From Mustelus asterias (lineage: Eukaryota): 64,000 bases of DNA. The stretch covers positions 124,001-188,000 of the forward strand of contig NW_027590338.1 of NCBI RefSeq assembly GCF_964213995.1. The letters are read 5' to 3'. The notes beneath the pieces are model-generated. The model was not told where the DNA came from, did not search any database, and saw only the letters and a program-made list of their open reading frames with translations. The first letter of the stretch is position 1, and each line of letters begins with the position of its first letter. Below, piece by piece: positions 1-11,757 of the stretch. The position numbers and the translations under genes were made by a program.

Positions 1-420
1 TGGATTGAGTTATAAGGAGAGGCTGGATAGACTGGGACTTTTTTGTCTGGAGCGTAGGAGGCTTTGGAGTGACCTTATAGAGGTCTATAAAATAATGAGG
101 GGCACAGATCAGCAAGATAGTCAATATCTTTTCCCAAAGTAGGGGAGTCTAAAACTAGAGTCCATAGGTTTAAGGTGAGATGGGCAATTTTTTCACACAG
201 AGGGTGGTGAGTGTCTGGAACAAGCTGCCAGAGGTAGTAGTAGAGGAAGGTACAATTTTGACTTTTAAAAAGCATTTAGACAGTTATATGGGTAAGATGG
301 GTTTAGAGGGATATGGGCCAAATGCGGGCAATTGGGACTGGCTTAAGGGTTTAAAGAAAAAAGGCGGCATGGACAAATTGGGCCGAAGGGCCTGTTTCCA
401 TGCTGTAAACCTCTATGACT
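1..420 (+). mobile_element. CR1-clade LINE 3' end fragment
   Basis: Encodes LGLFCLERR..DLIEVYKIM and FFTQRVVSVWNKLP, typical of the CR1 ORF2 C-terminus; ends in a CTCTATGACT tail. Confidence 0.85.
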
Positions 421-1044
421 TTAAATAGACTGTCTGGCAGCCTGCATGGAGATTTTCAGCTCTCTGTGTCCAGTGAGCATGGATCTGTCAATCAGCACTT
501 TCAAGAGAATATGGAGGGTGAATATTAGATACAGCAGAGTGAGAATGGAGGGAGAGTGTGTGGGATGGAGATTTACAGCTTTTGGGGAATGGAAGAGGAA
601 AGAATGTTCCATTGAAACTAGAATTGTCTGTTCTGAATTTCTATCCTGTATTGACTGTGATGACTTTTGTAAACTCCTTTTACAGGATATCAGAAGTTGA
701 GGATTTACAGACAGAAATCTCAGACCAAACATCACGTCAACATCTGACAGAGTCACTCAATTCATCGGGACCTGAATATCATCGGCCTTTGAATCTAGAA
801 GGAGAAATGTTTCTCTGTTCTGTCTGCTTCAGGAGATTTTAAACATCAGTGTGACTGGAAAGCACTGAGACATACACACCCGAGTGAGAGTGTTCCAGTG
901 CACTGCGTGTGGAAAATGCTTCAGTTGCACAGCCTGAAAAAACATCGCAGCATTCACAGCGGGGAGAGACTGTACCCATGTTCTGTGTGTGGATGAGGTT
1001 TCAACTGATTGTCCGACCTGGAGAGTCACAAGGACACCTGCACC

Positions 1045-1719
1045 ATGGAAAAACGGTGGAAATGTGGGGACTGTGGGAAGGGATTTAGATACCCTTCTCA
1101 CCTGGAAACTCATCGACGCAGCCACACTGGGGAGAGACCGTTCACCTGTTCTCAGTGTGGGAATGGATTCAGTCAATTATCCGCCCTGCAGACACACCAG
1201 AGAGTTCACAATGAGGAAAGGCCATTCATCTGCTTTCATTGTGGGAAGAGATTCACTCAGTCATCCGCCCTGCAGACACACCAGCGAGTTCACAATGAGG
1301 AGAGACCATTCATCTGCTCTCAGTGTGGGAAGGGATTCAGTCAGTCATCCAGCCTGCAGAGACACCAGCGAGTTCACACTAGGGAGAGGCCGTTTACCTG
1401 CTCTCAGTGTGGGAATGGGTTCACTCAGTTATCCACCCTGCAGACACACCAGCGAGTTCACACTCAGGAGAGGCCGTTTATCTGCTCTCAGTGTGGGAAT
1501 GGGTTCACTCAGTTATCCCATCTGAAGACACACCAACGGTTTCACACTGGGGAGAGGCCGTTCACCTGCCCTCAGTGCGAGAAGGGATTTGCTCAGTTAT
1601 CCACTCTGCAAACACACCAGCGAATTCACACTAAGGAGAGACCGTTCACCTGCTCTCAGTGTGGGAAAGGATTCACTCAGTTATCCAATCTGCGGAGACA
1701 CCAGCGAGTTCACATGTGA
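1045..1719 (+). CDS. C2H2 zinc-finger protein, 8 fingers, no recognisable effector domain (ZNF-1)
   Basis: Eight CxxC-x12-HxxxH units with TGERP-like linkers. First ATG is at 1045 in caccATGg Kozak context; the ORF track start at 1009 is a TTG. Upstream intron 518-685 (GT..AG). Confidence 0.88.
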   Translation: MEKRWKCGDCGKGFRYPSHLETHRRSHTGERPFTCSQCGNGFSQLSALQTHQRVHNEERPFICFHCGKRFTQSSALQTHQRVHNEERPFICSQCGKGFSQSSSLQRHQRVHTRERPFTCSQCGNGFTQLSTLQTHQRVHTQERPFICSQCGNGFTQLSHLKTHQRFHTGERPFTCPQCEKGFAQLSTLQTHQRIHTKERPFTCSQCGKGFTQLSNLRRHQRVHM

Positions 1720-1999
1720 TTCCAGGGATTGAATTCTGCTGTTATTGTTTCTGCTCTCAATCACATCCAGGACTGCATTTTGTTCATTCTCACAGTTGGT
1801 CAATGGTGAGGGTCGGAGGGTTTCTTTCTGCTGGACTGGCCGGTCTCACCACTTTGCCTCCAGTGGGCTGATAATCTTTTAACCTTGTTGCGAATATCTG
1901 GCTTTGGATTTCTCAAGGATCACAGAGTGAAAGAGCGTTAGGAAGTTAAAAGATATTTTGTTCACAATTATGTTTGGAAGCCTCGCAAAGCACGCAGAG

Positions 2000-2330
2000 G
2001 GAGTAGTGAGCATGAGGAACTGAAAGAGATTAGTATTCGTGAAAAAGTAGCACTGGAGAAATTAATGGGGTTGGAAGTGAATAAATCCCCAAAAAGCTGC
2101 TGATCTACATCCCAGAGTGTTGGAAGAGGTGGCTGTGGAGATAGTGGATACATTGGTGGTCATCTTTCCAAATTCTATAGATTGTGGAATGGTTGCTGCA
2201 GATTGGAAGGTGGTAAATGTAACCCCACTGTTTAAGGAGGGAGAGAGAAAACGGGGAACCACAGACCCATCAGCCTGACATCAGCCGGAGGGAAAATGCT
2301 ACAATCTATTGTACAGGATGTGATAACAGA
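2000..2330 (+). mobile_element. CR1 ORF2 internal fragment (degraded)
   Basis: Remnants of KSP..LHPRVL.EVA..VP.DWKV.NVTPLFK.G. Confidence 0.75.
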
Positions 2331-2444
2331 TGAATATGCACATTCAGAATAGGGGTACGTCCCTCGAGCCTGCTCCACCATTCAATACATACACAGCTGA
2401 TCTGATTGTAACCTCAACTTCACATTCCCACCGACCCCCCCAAT

Positions 2445-2760
2445 GAGCTTCAGACTAAAACTCCCTCCTCTGGGCAACATCTGGAAGAAATCAATGTTTC
2501 CCCCTTTCCATTTCTTTTCTCATTCTGGGGGGAATTGGGGACTTGCAGCAACTGAAGGGAAAGGAAGTGAATCCAGGGAGGCTGCAGACTCTGGAAAGGT
2601 TGGCCCAGGTCTCTCTCTCTTAAAGATATTGACATCCTTTGCTCCCTCAGCTTGACACATTTATTTGTCTGGCTAAAAGGATGGTCTCTTTCCGAATGTT
2701 AACAATTAAAGGGTTGTTTCCCCAGGAAATGGCTGACATTTCAGGGGACAATGTAGTCAG
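2445..2760 (+). other. ZNF leader module (exon-1 end, short intron, 50-nt exon 2), copy
   Basis: Matches 63120-63430, 3000-3260 and reverse 13915-14080. Confidence 0.7.
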
Positions 2761-2994
2761 GTAGGTGATGTCTCTGTTATGACTCGTGTTACATTTACAT
2801 ACTCTATATTTATGATTTTCTGGTACAGTAGGTTTATTATATTTCTAATCTTGCAGTATACTACTCGTCCTGCACCTGAATGCAGGGCTGCCAGATGAGG
2901 GAGTGGTGGATGGAACTTTGCAAAATGTATTCTGTTTATTTTCTTACAAGTCAATACATTTTAATTTTTAACATCACAGGTTTTGTTTTTATCT

Positions 2995-3270
2995 TCACAC
3001 AGGCCAAAACCTCCTCCTGTCTCCAACACCTGTGAGTAAAACACCTTATTTTTCTCCCCCTTTCCATTTCTTTTCTCATTCTGGAGGAAATTGGGGACTT
3101 GCAGCAACTGAAGGGAAAGGAAGTGAATCCAGGGAGGCTGCAGACTCTGGAAAGGTTGGCCCAGGTCTCTCTCTCTCTCTCTTAAAGACATTGACATAAT
3201 TTCCTCTCTCAGCTTGACACATGTATTTGTCAGGCTAAAAGGATGGTCTCTTTTCTAATGTTCACGGGCT
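2995..3270 (+). other. ZNF leader module, second tandem copy upstream of ZNF-2
   Basis: ct|GTGAGT donor, pyrimidine tract, ttgcag acceptor, aag|GTTGGC donor. Confidence 0.7.
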
Positions 3271-4144
3271 GGTTTCCCCAGGAGATAGAAACCTGCTCGA
3301 CCATCCATTATGATCATGGCCGATCATCCCTCCCAATATCCCTTCAGCGCCGAGAACTCTATCTAATTTCTTCTTGAAATCACACAATGTCTTGGCTTCA
3401 GCTACTTTCTGTGGGAGTGAATTCCACACATTCACCATTCTCTGGGTGAAGAAATTTCTCACTTCAGTCCTGAAAGGTTGACCCCTTATCCTCAACTCCC
3501 CCACCGTCAGGAACATCGAGAGATGGCTGACATTTAAGGGGACAGTAAATATAGGACAGACATCTGTCTAATGTTGTTACATGGTGCATAATTGGTTCTG
3601 TAACAAAATACATTTATTATTTCTAGTTTTGTAATATAGTACTTCAGCGACATTATATATTTCCATTATACATTCACAGCACAGGTGTCCATTCAGTAAC
3701 TCGAGTCCATGCCGACTTTCTGTCGGACAATACAGTCAGTCCCACTACCCCTCTATAGCCCTGTTCCCCTGCAAGTTTATTTCCTTCAGATGCCCAACCC
3801 AATTTATTTTAAATTATTCTTCTCCACTTCCACACTGGTGTGATTTTCTGATTATACCCACTCGCTGTCTAAATAATGTTCTTCCTCACACATCCCCTAC
3901 TCTACCTCAAATTAAAAGATACAGCACTCTCGATCAAACATTTTCTGGACAGCTAATTGTGCATCTGGCGAGATATATGTACATTTACTGAATTAAAATG
4001 TTTGGGTGTCTGACTCCAGGACCTTGTATCGATAGATCAACATGACTCACTGATTCAGGAGAATTGGGAGGGTGAATGTTAGACACATCAGAGTGAGAAT
4101 GGAGGGACAGTGTGTGGGACGGAGATTTACAGCTTTTGGGATTT

Positions 4145-4346
4145 AAAAAATGTATTAGTGTCACAAGTAGGCTAACATTAACACTGCAATGAAGTTACTG
4201 CGAAAATCCCCAAGTCGCCACACTGGTTGGGTACACCAAGGGAGAATTTAGCATGGCCAATCCACCTAACCTGTGGATTGTGGGAGGAAACTGGAGCACC
4301 TGAAGGAAACCCATGCAGTCACGGGGAGAATGTGCAGACTCCACAC
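4145..4346 (-). mobile_element. HE1-like SINE fragment replacing the 3' part of the conserved ZNF intron
   Basis: Core ggagcacctgaaggaaacccatgcagtcacggggagaatgtgcagactccacac is shared with the other SINE copies. Confidence 0.7.
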
Positions 4347-4629
4347 ATCACATCAACATCTGACAGAGTCACTCAATTCACCGGGACCTGAATATCATCA
4401 GCCTTTGAATGTAGGAGAAATGTTTGTCTTTTTGTCTGCAACAGAAAATTTTAAACTGGAAAAGCACCTGGACGCACAGAGATCCGAGTGAGAATGTTTC
4501 AGCTTTAACTAGTTACACAGTTTTTCAAAACATTACCCTTTGGAGTCGGGAAAGACACTCTCCGTGGTCTGTGTTTGTGGACACCTCAGTTGGTTCTTGA
4601 ACGTGGAGAGTCACAAGGACACCTGCCCC

Positions 4630-5168
4630 ATGGAGAAACCTTGGGAATGTGGGAAGGGATTCGTTACCCCATCAAGACTGGAAAGTCACCGACGCGTTCA
4701 CACTGGGGAAAGGCCATTTACTTGCCCTGATTGTGGGAAGGGAGTCACTCAGTTATCCCACCTGTGGACACACCAGTGAATTCACACTGGGGAGAGGCCT
4801 TTTATCTGCACTGAATGTGGGAAGGGATTCACTCAGTCATCTAACCTGCTCGGACACCAGCGAGTTCACACTGGAGAGAGGCCATTCACCTGCACTGAGT
4901 GTGAAAAGGGATTCAGAGATTCATCCACTCTGCAGAAACACCAGAGAGTTCACACTGGGGAAAGACCATTCACTTGCTTTGATTATGGGAAGCAATTCCA
5001 AGATTCCTCCACCCAGGTGAGACACCATCAATTTTATACGGGGAGAGGCCGCTCACCTGCTCTGACTGTGGGAAGGGATTCACTCAGTTATCCACCCTGC
5101 AGACACACCAGCGAGTTCACAATTGCTTACATGAGGTGGATTCTTCTGTTAATCACATCCAGGACTGA
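4630..5168 (+). pseudogene. C2H2 ZNF pseudogene (ZNF-2)
   Basis: MEKPWECGKGF start; in-frame TGA at 4777-4779 (CGA>TGA in HQR); later frameshifts; exon acceptor lost to the SINE. Confidence 0.82.
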
Positions 5169-5334
5169 ACCATGTTCATTCTGACAGTTGGTGACGTGGG
5201 AGGGTCGGAGGGTTTCTTTGAGCCTGGGAGAGCACATTTCCACTGAATGATCCACAAAAACTGATGAAGGACATTTATTTACTCCAGGAGAGTAAATAGT
5301 GTTTTCCCCCGACTACATGCAGTTCTACAATAAA

Positions 5335-5720
5335 CGCAGAAAGAACTGGAAAAATGCAGCCGGTCTGGCAGCATCTGTGGAGAAGAATTTTGTAGAACAG
5401 AAGCAAAAGGCGAGGTAATGGTTGTTGCAAAGAAGTGAGTGTTCAGGACAGAATAATGAACATCTCTGTCTGAAACAAAAAACCATGAAAACAAGTTCAG
5501 GGGGTGAAGTTGTTGAACTCAATGTTGAGTCCAGAAGGCTGTAAAGTGCCTCATCGGAAGATGAGGGGCTGTTTGTCCAGCTTGTGTTGGGCCTCTCCGG
5601 AACATTGCAGCAGGTCGAGGACAGAAATGTGAGTGTGAGAACAAGGTGGTGAATTCTAATGACAAGCGGAAGGTCAGGGTCATGCTTGTGGACTGAGCGG
5701 AGGTGTTCCACAAAGAGGGC
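5335..5720 (-). mobile_element. Penelope-like element fragment (GIY-YIG C-terminus + pLTR)
   Basis: Remnants EHLRSVHKHDPDLP ... LIFR.GTLQPSGLNIEFNNF; pLTR-type ...cagatgctgccagacc... sequence. Confidence 0.7.
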
Positions 5721-7469
5721 AGGGAACAGGCTGCAGATGAATTAAAGAGAAACCATTTGTGTCCAGAACATTGTGAACATCCTTTTACTCTGGTTGTCTT
5801 TGATCCTCAAGTCATTTTCTGTTTGTTTTAACCATGTTCTGTTTCATTGATAAACTTTTATCAGTAAAAATATTTGATTGTTCTGGACTTTTCCTGGTGA
5901 GATTGATGCACTTTAGGGAAAGTGGGTGAGAGGGGTTGGCAGGCTCTTTAACAGAAAGTGAGTCCCTCTAAGGTAATTGGCAAAGGAGCCAGAGGGGGAG
6001 ATGAGATTTTATTCTTTTGACAAAGCGAGTTGTTCTGATCTGCCTGAAAGCAGATTCAATAGAATCTTTCCAAAGGGCAAAGACTTGAAAGGGAAGAATT
6101 TGCAGGACTGTGGGGACAGATCAGTGTGGTAGGATGAATCAGACAGTCCTTTCAAAGAGATAGCAGGGGCTCCTCCTGCAGCCTGTCAATCTCAGCCTCC
6201 TGCTTCTGTGCAGTTTAAAAGGGACAGATTTCAGTGCAGCCTTTTCCCTGTATCTGTATTTAAAGAGACAGGTTTCTCTTTAGCGCTGAGTGACTGATAT
6301 AACAATTGTTTGGAGGCCCATTTCCCACTCAGTCCTCCAGCACCTTCCTGTCTCTCTATTAGTGCGACGCTCATGGCAGTTTCCCAACTGGAGCGCAGGC
6401 CCCATTATTCTCAGCTCAATTCAGCCCTCAGCTCCGTCACCTGGCTGTCATTGACACCAGCAATAGAGAGACAGAAAGGTGCCCCAGGCTCAAATGGGAA
6501 ATTGAAACGTGGGGCTTTAAATGAAATGTTAGGATCTCTGTAACGATCAACAATTTAATAAAAATGAATTCTAAACCCAGTAAACAAATTAAAGAATCAC
6601 ATGATAAAACTTCAAGTTTTCTGATGTTTACTCCAACAAACTGGAAGCAACAATGATTAAACACTTTTTCATCGGGAACATAGCCCTTAAACTGTAAAAT
6701 TAAACTTTGTCCTTTTACTCTTAACACCATTAAATATCCACTCAATGGATATATTTTACCCTGCCTTGGAATGTTGACACACTTTCTCCAAAAACCAGTC
6801 CAAAGTGATTCTTTACTCCCCAAGGGTTTATTTCCATTGTTTTCCTTTTCCAGTCTGGCAACCTTTAATCCCAGAGCTGTCCTTCACAGTGATGGTTCTC
6901 CTGGACATTTTCCCACTAACACAAGCAAGGCGAATCTTCCAGCCTTGTTTCACAATCCTCAGAAATCTGTGACCAACATTCGACATCGGAGCAGAAGTCG
7001 GTCATTTGGCCCTTTGAGTCTGCTCCACCGTTTATTTACATCATGGCTGATCTTTTTGTGTTGAGTTCCACATTCCCGTTCTACACCCGATACTTTTGAC
7101 GCCCTTATCCAACAAGAATTGGTATAAAGGCAAAATTCTGCTGTTGTTGGAATCTGAAACAAAAACAGAAAATGCTGGACAATCTCAGCAAGTCTGACAG
7201 CATCTACAGAGAGAGAATAGAGACAACATTTTGAGTCAGGATTACTCTTTATCAGAGGTGAAGACAAGGAAAATCTGACAACATTTATCCTGTGAGGGTC
7301 AAGAATTGGGAAGCAATTATTAAACCTCCTCTGAACCACTTTCAATGCATTTGTATCATTTCTTAAATAGGAGATAAAGCTGCACCCAGTGTTCAAGATG
7401 CAGTCTCAGCAACGCCCTGTATAACTGAAGCAGAACATCTTTACTTCTATGTTCAATTTCTCTCGTAAT

Positions 7470-8275
7470 AGAACAAAGAACAAAGAAAATTACAGCACAG
7501 GAACAGGCCCTTCGGCCCTCCAAGCCTGCACCGACCATGCTGCCCGACTTAACTAAAACCCCCTACTCTTCCGGGGACCATATCCCTCTATTCCCATCCT
7601 ATTCATGTACTTGTCAAGGCGCTCCTTAAAAGTCACTCCCGTATCCGGTTCCATTACCTCCCCCGCCAACAAGTTCCAGGCACCCACTACTCTCTGTGTA
7701 AAAAATCTGCCTCGTACATCTCCTTGAAACCTTGCCCCTTGCACCTTAAACCTGTGCCCCCGGATAATTGACTCTTCCACCCTGGGAAACAGCTTCTGAC
7801 GATCCACTCTGTCCATGCCTCTCATAATCTTGTAGACTTCTATCAGGTCTCCCCTCAACCTCCGTCGCTCCAGTGAGAACAAACCAAGTTTCTCCAACCT
7901 CTCCTCATAGTTAATGCCCTCCATACCAGGCAACATCCTGGTAAATCTTTTCTGAACCCTCTCCAAAGCCACCACATCCTTCTGGTAGTGTGGCAACAAA
8001 CATTGAACACTATATTCCAAGTGCGGCCTAACTAAGCTTCTACAAAGCTGCAACATGACTTGCCAATTTTTAAACTCAATACCCCGGCCGATGAAGGCAA
8101 GCATGCCGTATGCCTTCTTGACTACCTTCTCCATCTGCATTGCCACTTTCAGTGACCTGTGTACCTGTACACCCAGATCCCTTTGCCTATCAATACTCTT
8201 AAGGGTTCTGCCATTTACTGTATATTTCCTATCTGTATTAGACCTTCCAAAATACATTACCTCACATTTGTCCAG
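7470..8275 (-). mobile_element. 5'-truncated CR1 LINE, ORF2 C-terminus largely intact
   Basis: ORF 7553-8293: DKCEVMYFG, RDLGVQVH, LVRPHLEY, FFTQRVVGAWN; (TTCTTTG)n tail. Confidence 0.9.
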
Positions 8276-9146
8276 AATAATAAAGGATAACATTCCATTT
8301 ATCAGAACTTTGATTTATTTGAACTAAGATTTATGGGGGTTCTCTTGTTTACAAAAACCTCCCCAATCGTAAATCACACCAGGTTCCAGTGTCTTGACCA
8401 TATGGCAAGAAAGAACACTTTAAATCGTGAATTCAGAAAGTTTATTAAGCATTAAAATATAACAAGTCAGAAAGATAAAAAACAGAGTGTCGATTAACAG
8501 TTAATAGAGAAAGTTTAACATTAACAATTGAACAGACTTCTCTCCATCCCTCTCAGACCAGGACATGAAGTGACCGCTCCAAAAACATGGATAACTTGTA
8601 AAACCAACAGCTCTCAACACCTCTCTGTAAACATATCTCCCTCCACCTCTCTCTACCAAATTGCCTTCTCAAGACCACTTTTTTATACTTTAAAAATGTC
8701 GAGAGTCCATCTTAGCCAATTCCCATAAATCTTCAATTATGAACTAAAATAGACACGAGTTTTTGGGCGATTTAAAAACAAATGAACTGTCTGCTGAAAG
8801 GGTTAACTTTTCTACAGAACCTAAAGGGGTGGGGAGTGAGCAGCAAAAACTTGGCACACAATTACATCACTTTACACAAGTTTAAAACAAAACAAATGAT
8901 TTTAAACTTAATCTATTAATTTTTTTTGTTATATTCCTCAACCTATTTAATTTGATCAGTTTTTGTTAGGGATGGGTAACGTTTGTTCTTTATAAACTGA
9001 TTCACTCATTTTGTTGATTCTACATGGGCTCAGAGAATCAGAACCCAGACTTTATCATCCTTATCCTTTTTCTCCTTCTGCCACCACTCCCTCTGTTTTG
9101 CGGGAGGGTCCTGGGGATTCCAATCAGAACTAATCATTTTATCATA

Positions 9147-9322
9147 AAAGTAAAATACTGCGGATACTGGAATCTGAAACAAAAACAGAAAAGGCTGGAA
9201 AATCTCAGCAGGTCTGACAGCATCTGTGGAGAGAGGATAGAGCCAATGTTTTGAGTCTGGATGACCCTTGATAAGAGCTCTTACGAAGTGTTATCCAGAC
9301 TCGAAAGATTGGCTCTATTCTC
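9147..9322. mobile_element. Penelope-like pLTR with palindromic end and two decayed hammerhead cores
   Basis: Imperfect palindrome centred on AAGAGCTCTT (9273-9282); CTTACGA..ctcGAAA resembles the CUGANGA..GAAA core. Related pLTR pieces at ~7130-7260, 51865-51990 and 60950-61050. Confidence 0.6.
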
Positions 9323-9692
9323 GAATCATTTTAATCGATAAGTTTCTCATTCTTAGTTTCCAAATGGCAGGTAAGAGACCTGTCCAGTCCCCACTTGAGC
9401 TCTGATTTGTCACTGGCCATGCTTGGGTAGGATTATAACCATTAGAATCTACTCTCAGAGGTCTGCTTTTCAGTCCAGTGCTACTTGGAGTATACCGTCA
9501 CTTCACCGACTATCAGGTCACAAGTCCCTCACAGTTCTTATCACAAATTCATGATAAAATAATTTAAACATGCCTGAGAACACTTCTTAACTTCTTAGTC
9601 AGCTACCTACCCCATTTGTTGATTAGTCAGACCCCTTTTTCACAGATTCCAGGTTTCTCAGCTGCTGAACACCAGCCGGTCCTGCAATAATC

Positions 9693-10014
9693 TCATAGAA
9701 TCTCTACAGTGCAGAAGGAGGCCATTCGGCCCATCAAGTCTGCACCAACCACAATCCCACTGACCCTATCCCCATAACCTCATGCATTTACCCTAGCTAG
9801 TCCCCCTGACACGATGGGGCAATTTAGCATGGCCAATCTACCTAACCCGCACTTCTTTGGACTGTGGGAGGAAACCAGAGCACCCAGAGGAAACTTACAC
9901 AGACACGGGGAGAATGTGCAAACTCCACATAGACAGTGATCCAAGCTGGAAATCGAACCCGGGTCCCTGGCGCTGTAAGGCAGCAGTGCTAACCACTGTG
10001 CTACCGTGCCGCCC
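9693..10014 (-). mobile_element. HE1-like tRNA-derived SINE, full length
   Basis: Head with A/B-box-like ggtagcacagtggttagc and gggttcgatttcc; CR1-like 3' tail. Confidence 0.85.
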
Positions 10015-10524
10015 CAGTTTAATTCTAACTCATTCTGAGTAAATATTCTCACCAGGTCCTCTGTTGGAGCCCTGCTAAGCAGCTTTAATGGTCCGTGATT
10101 GCAGAAACTGAGCAGTCACAGGAATGTGGTCAAGATTGTCCAGTCCCACAATGCCTCACATTCAATCTGCAGTCCTTCAATTATAACAGAATATGTGGCT
10201 GTATGTAGCTGCCTCGGCCATGGTCAACCCCAACACTGCCTTCCTGAACTGTTACAATGCCTGAGGTGTAAGTACACCCACAGTGCTGTTAGGGAGGGAT
10301 TTCCAGCTACATATTCCAGACTTTCACTGGACTGTAGGTGGATATCAGAAACTGTTGGTGGGTTCCAGATTGATATATTCCAATTAACCACATCCAAGGT
10401 GAGTTATTCAAATCCCTTTATTGTCCAGGACAATATATTCACAATATCTTTAAAACAGAAATTAAACATTCCCATTTGATTTCAGGTACTAACATATTCT
10501 GTTAGTTTGTTCTTTATTGTTAAT

Positions 10525-10820
10525 GTCAGGCTGGGGTTGTTCCTCTTGGAGCAAAGGAGGTTGAGGGGAGATTTGATAGATGTGGAAAAGATTCTGACAG
10601 GTTTAGATAAGGTGGACAAAGAAAAGCTGTTCCCATTAGCTGACGGGACAAGGATGAGGGGGACGCAGATTTAAGGTTTTGGTTCAGAGATGCAGGGGGG
10701 GATGTGAGGAAGAATATTTTGATGCAGTGAATGGTAATGACCTGGAACTCGCTGCCTTCGAGGGTGGAGGAAGTGGAGACAATAAACAATTACAAAGGAA
10801 ATTGGATGGGCATCTGGGGG
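10525..10820 (+). mobile_element. CR1 3' fragment (old)
   Basis: Remnant LGLFLLEQRRLRGDLI. Confidence 0.7.
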
Positions 10821-11163
10821 AGTTTCAAACAGAAATAGTGACGAAATATCTCTGAACTTCCTCACACCCTGTCACTCTGTGATCCTTGTGAAATTTAAAA
10901 CCAGGTATTCGCAACAAGACTCAAAGAGCATCAGTCCACTGGAAGTAAAGTTGTGAGACCGGCCAGTCCAGCAGAAAGAAACCCTCCGACCCTCCCCATT
11001 GACCAACTGTGAGAATGAACAAAATGCAGTCCTGGATGTAATTGAGAGCAGAAACAACAACAGCAGAATCAAACCCCTGGAATCACTCGTGAACTTGTTG
11101 GTGTCTCAGCAGGTGGGATAAAAGACTGAATCTCTTCTCACACACAGAGCAGGTGAATGGCCT

Positions 11164-11757
11164 CTACCCAATGTGAATTCGCTGGTGTGTCAGCAGGTTG
11201 GATGAATCACAGAATCCCTTCCCACATTGAGAGCAGTTGAATGGTCTCTCCCCGGTGTGAACTCGTTGGTGTTTCCGCAGGTTGGAAGACTGAGTGAATC
11301 TCTTCCCACACTGAGAGCAGGTGAACGGCCTCTCCCCGGTGTGAACTCGCTGGTGTTTCCGCAGGTTGGAAGACTGAGTGAATCTCTTCCCACACTGAGA
11401 GCAGGTGAACGGCCTCTCCCCAGTATGAATGCGCTCATGGACCGGCAGGTCGGAAGATCGACTGAATCCCTCCCCACACTGAGAACACGTGAATGGCCTC
11501 TCCCCAGTGTGAACTCGCTGGTGTCTCTGCAGGCTGGATGACTGAGTGAATCCCTTCCCACACTGAGAGCAGATGAACGGCCTCTGCCCAGTGTGAACTC
11601 GCTGGTGTTTCTGCAGGCCGGATGAGTAGGTGAATCCCTTCCCACACTGAGAGCAGGTGAATGGTCTCTTCCCAGTGTGGCTGCGCCGATGAGCTTCCAG
11701 CAGAGATGGGGATCTGTATCTCTTCTCACAGTCCGCACATTTCCATGGTTTCTCCAT
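11164..11757 (-). CDS. C2H2 zinc-finger protein, 7 fingers; an eighth finger lies behind a premature TAG (ZNF-3)
   Basis: MEKPWKC start; GAG>TAG in the linker at 11164-11166; a further finger runs to ~11085, followed by the conserved tail. Confidence 0.8.
   Translation of the reverse strand: MEKPWKCADCEKRYRSPSLLEAHRRSHTGKRPFTCSQCGKGFTYSSGLQKHQRVHTGQRPFICSQCGKGFTQSSSLQRHQRVHTGERPFTCSQCGEGFSRSSDLPVHERIHTGERPFTCSQCGKRFTQSSNLRKHQRVHTGERPFTCSQCGKRFTQSSNLRKHQRVHTGERPFNCSQCGKGFCDSSNLLTHQRIHIG

Larger units (their letters stand above)
1..2441 (+). repeat. Segmental duplication copy A (CR1 + ZNF gene + CR1 fragments); copy B at 57959-60327
   Basis: Collinear high identity by eye with 57959-60327, including the same retroelement junctions. 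Confidence 0.92.

Noticed and set aside
989-1525. Long alternative-frame ORFs with HTSEFTLGR or WEGIHSVI repeats, here and over every ZNF
   Set aside because: Shadow frames of the 84-bp finger repeat; no independent evidence of coding.
1717-1870. Selenocysteine decoding of the terminal TGA that aligns with Cys in paralogs
   Set aside because: No AUGA..AA..GA SECIS-like structure is visible downstream, and TGA/TGY differ by one base. Kept only as a readthrough or stop-loss question.
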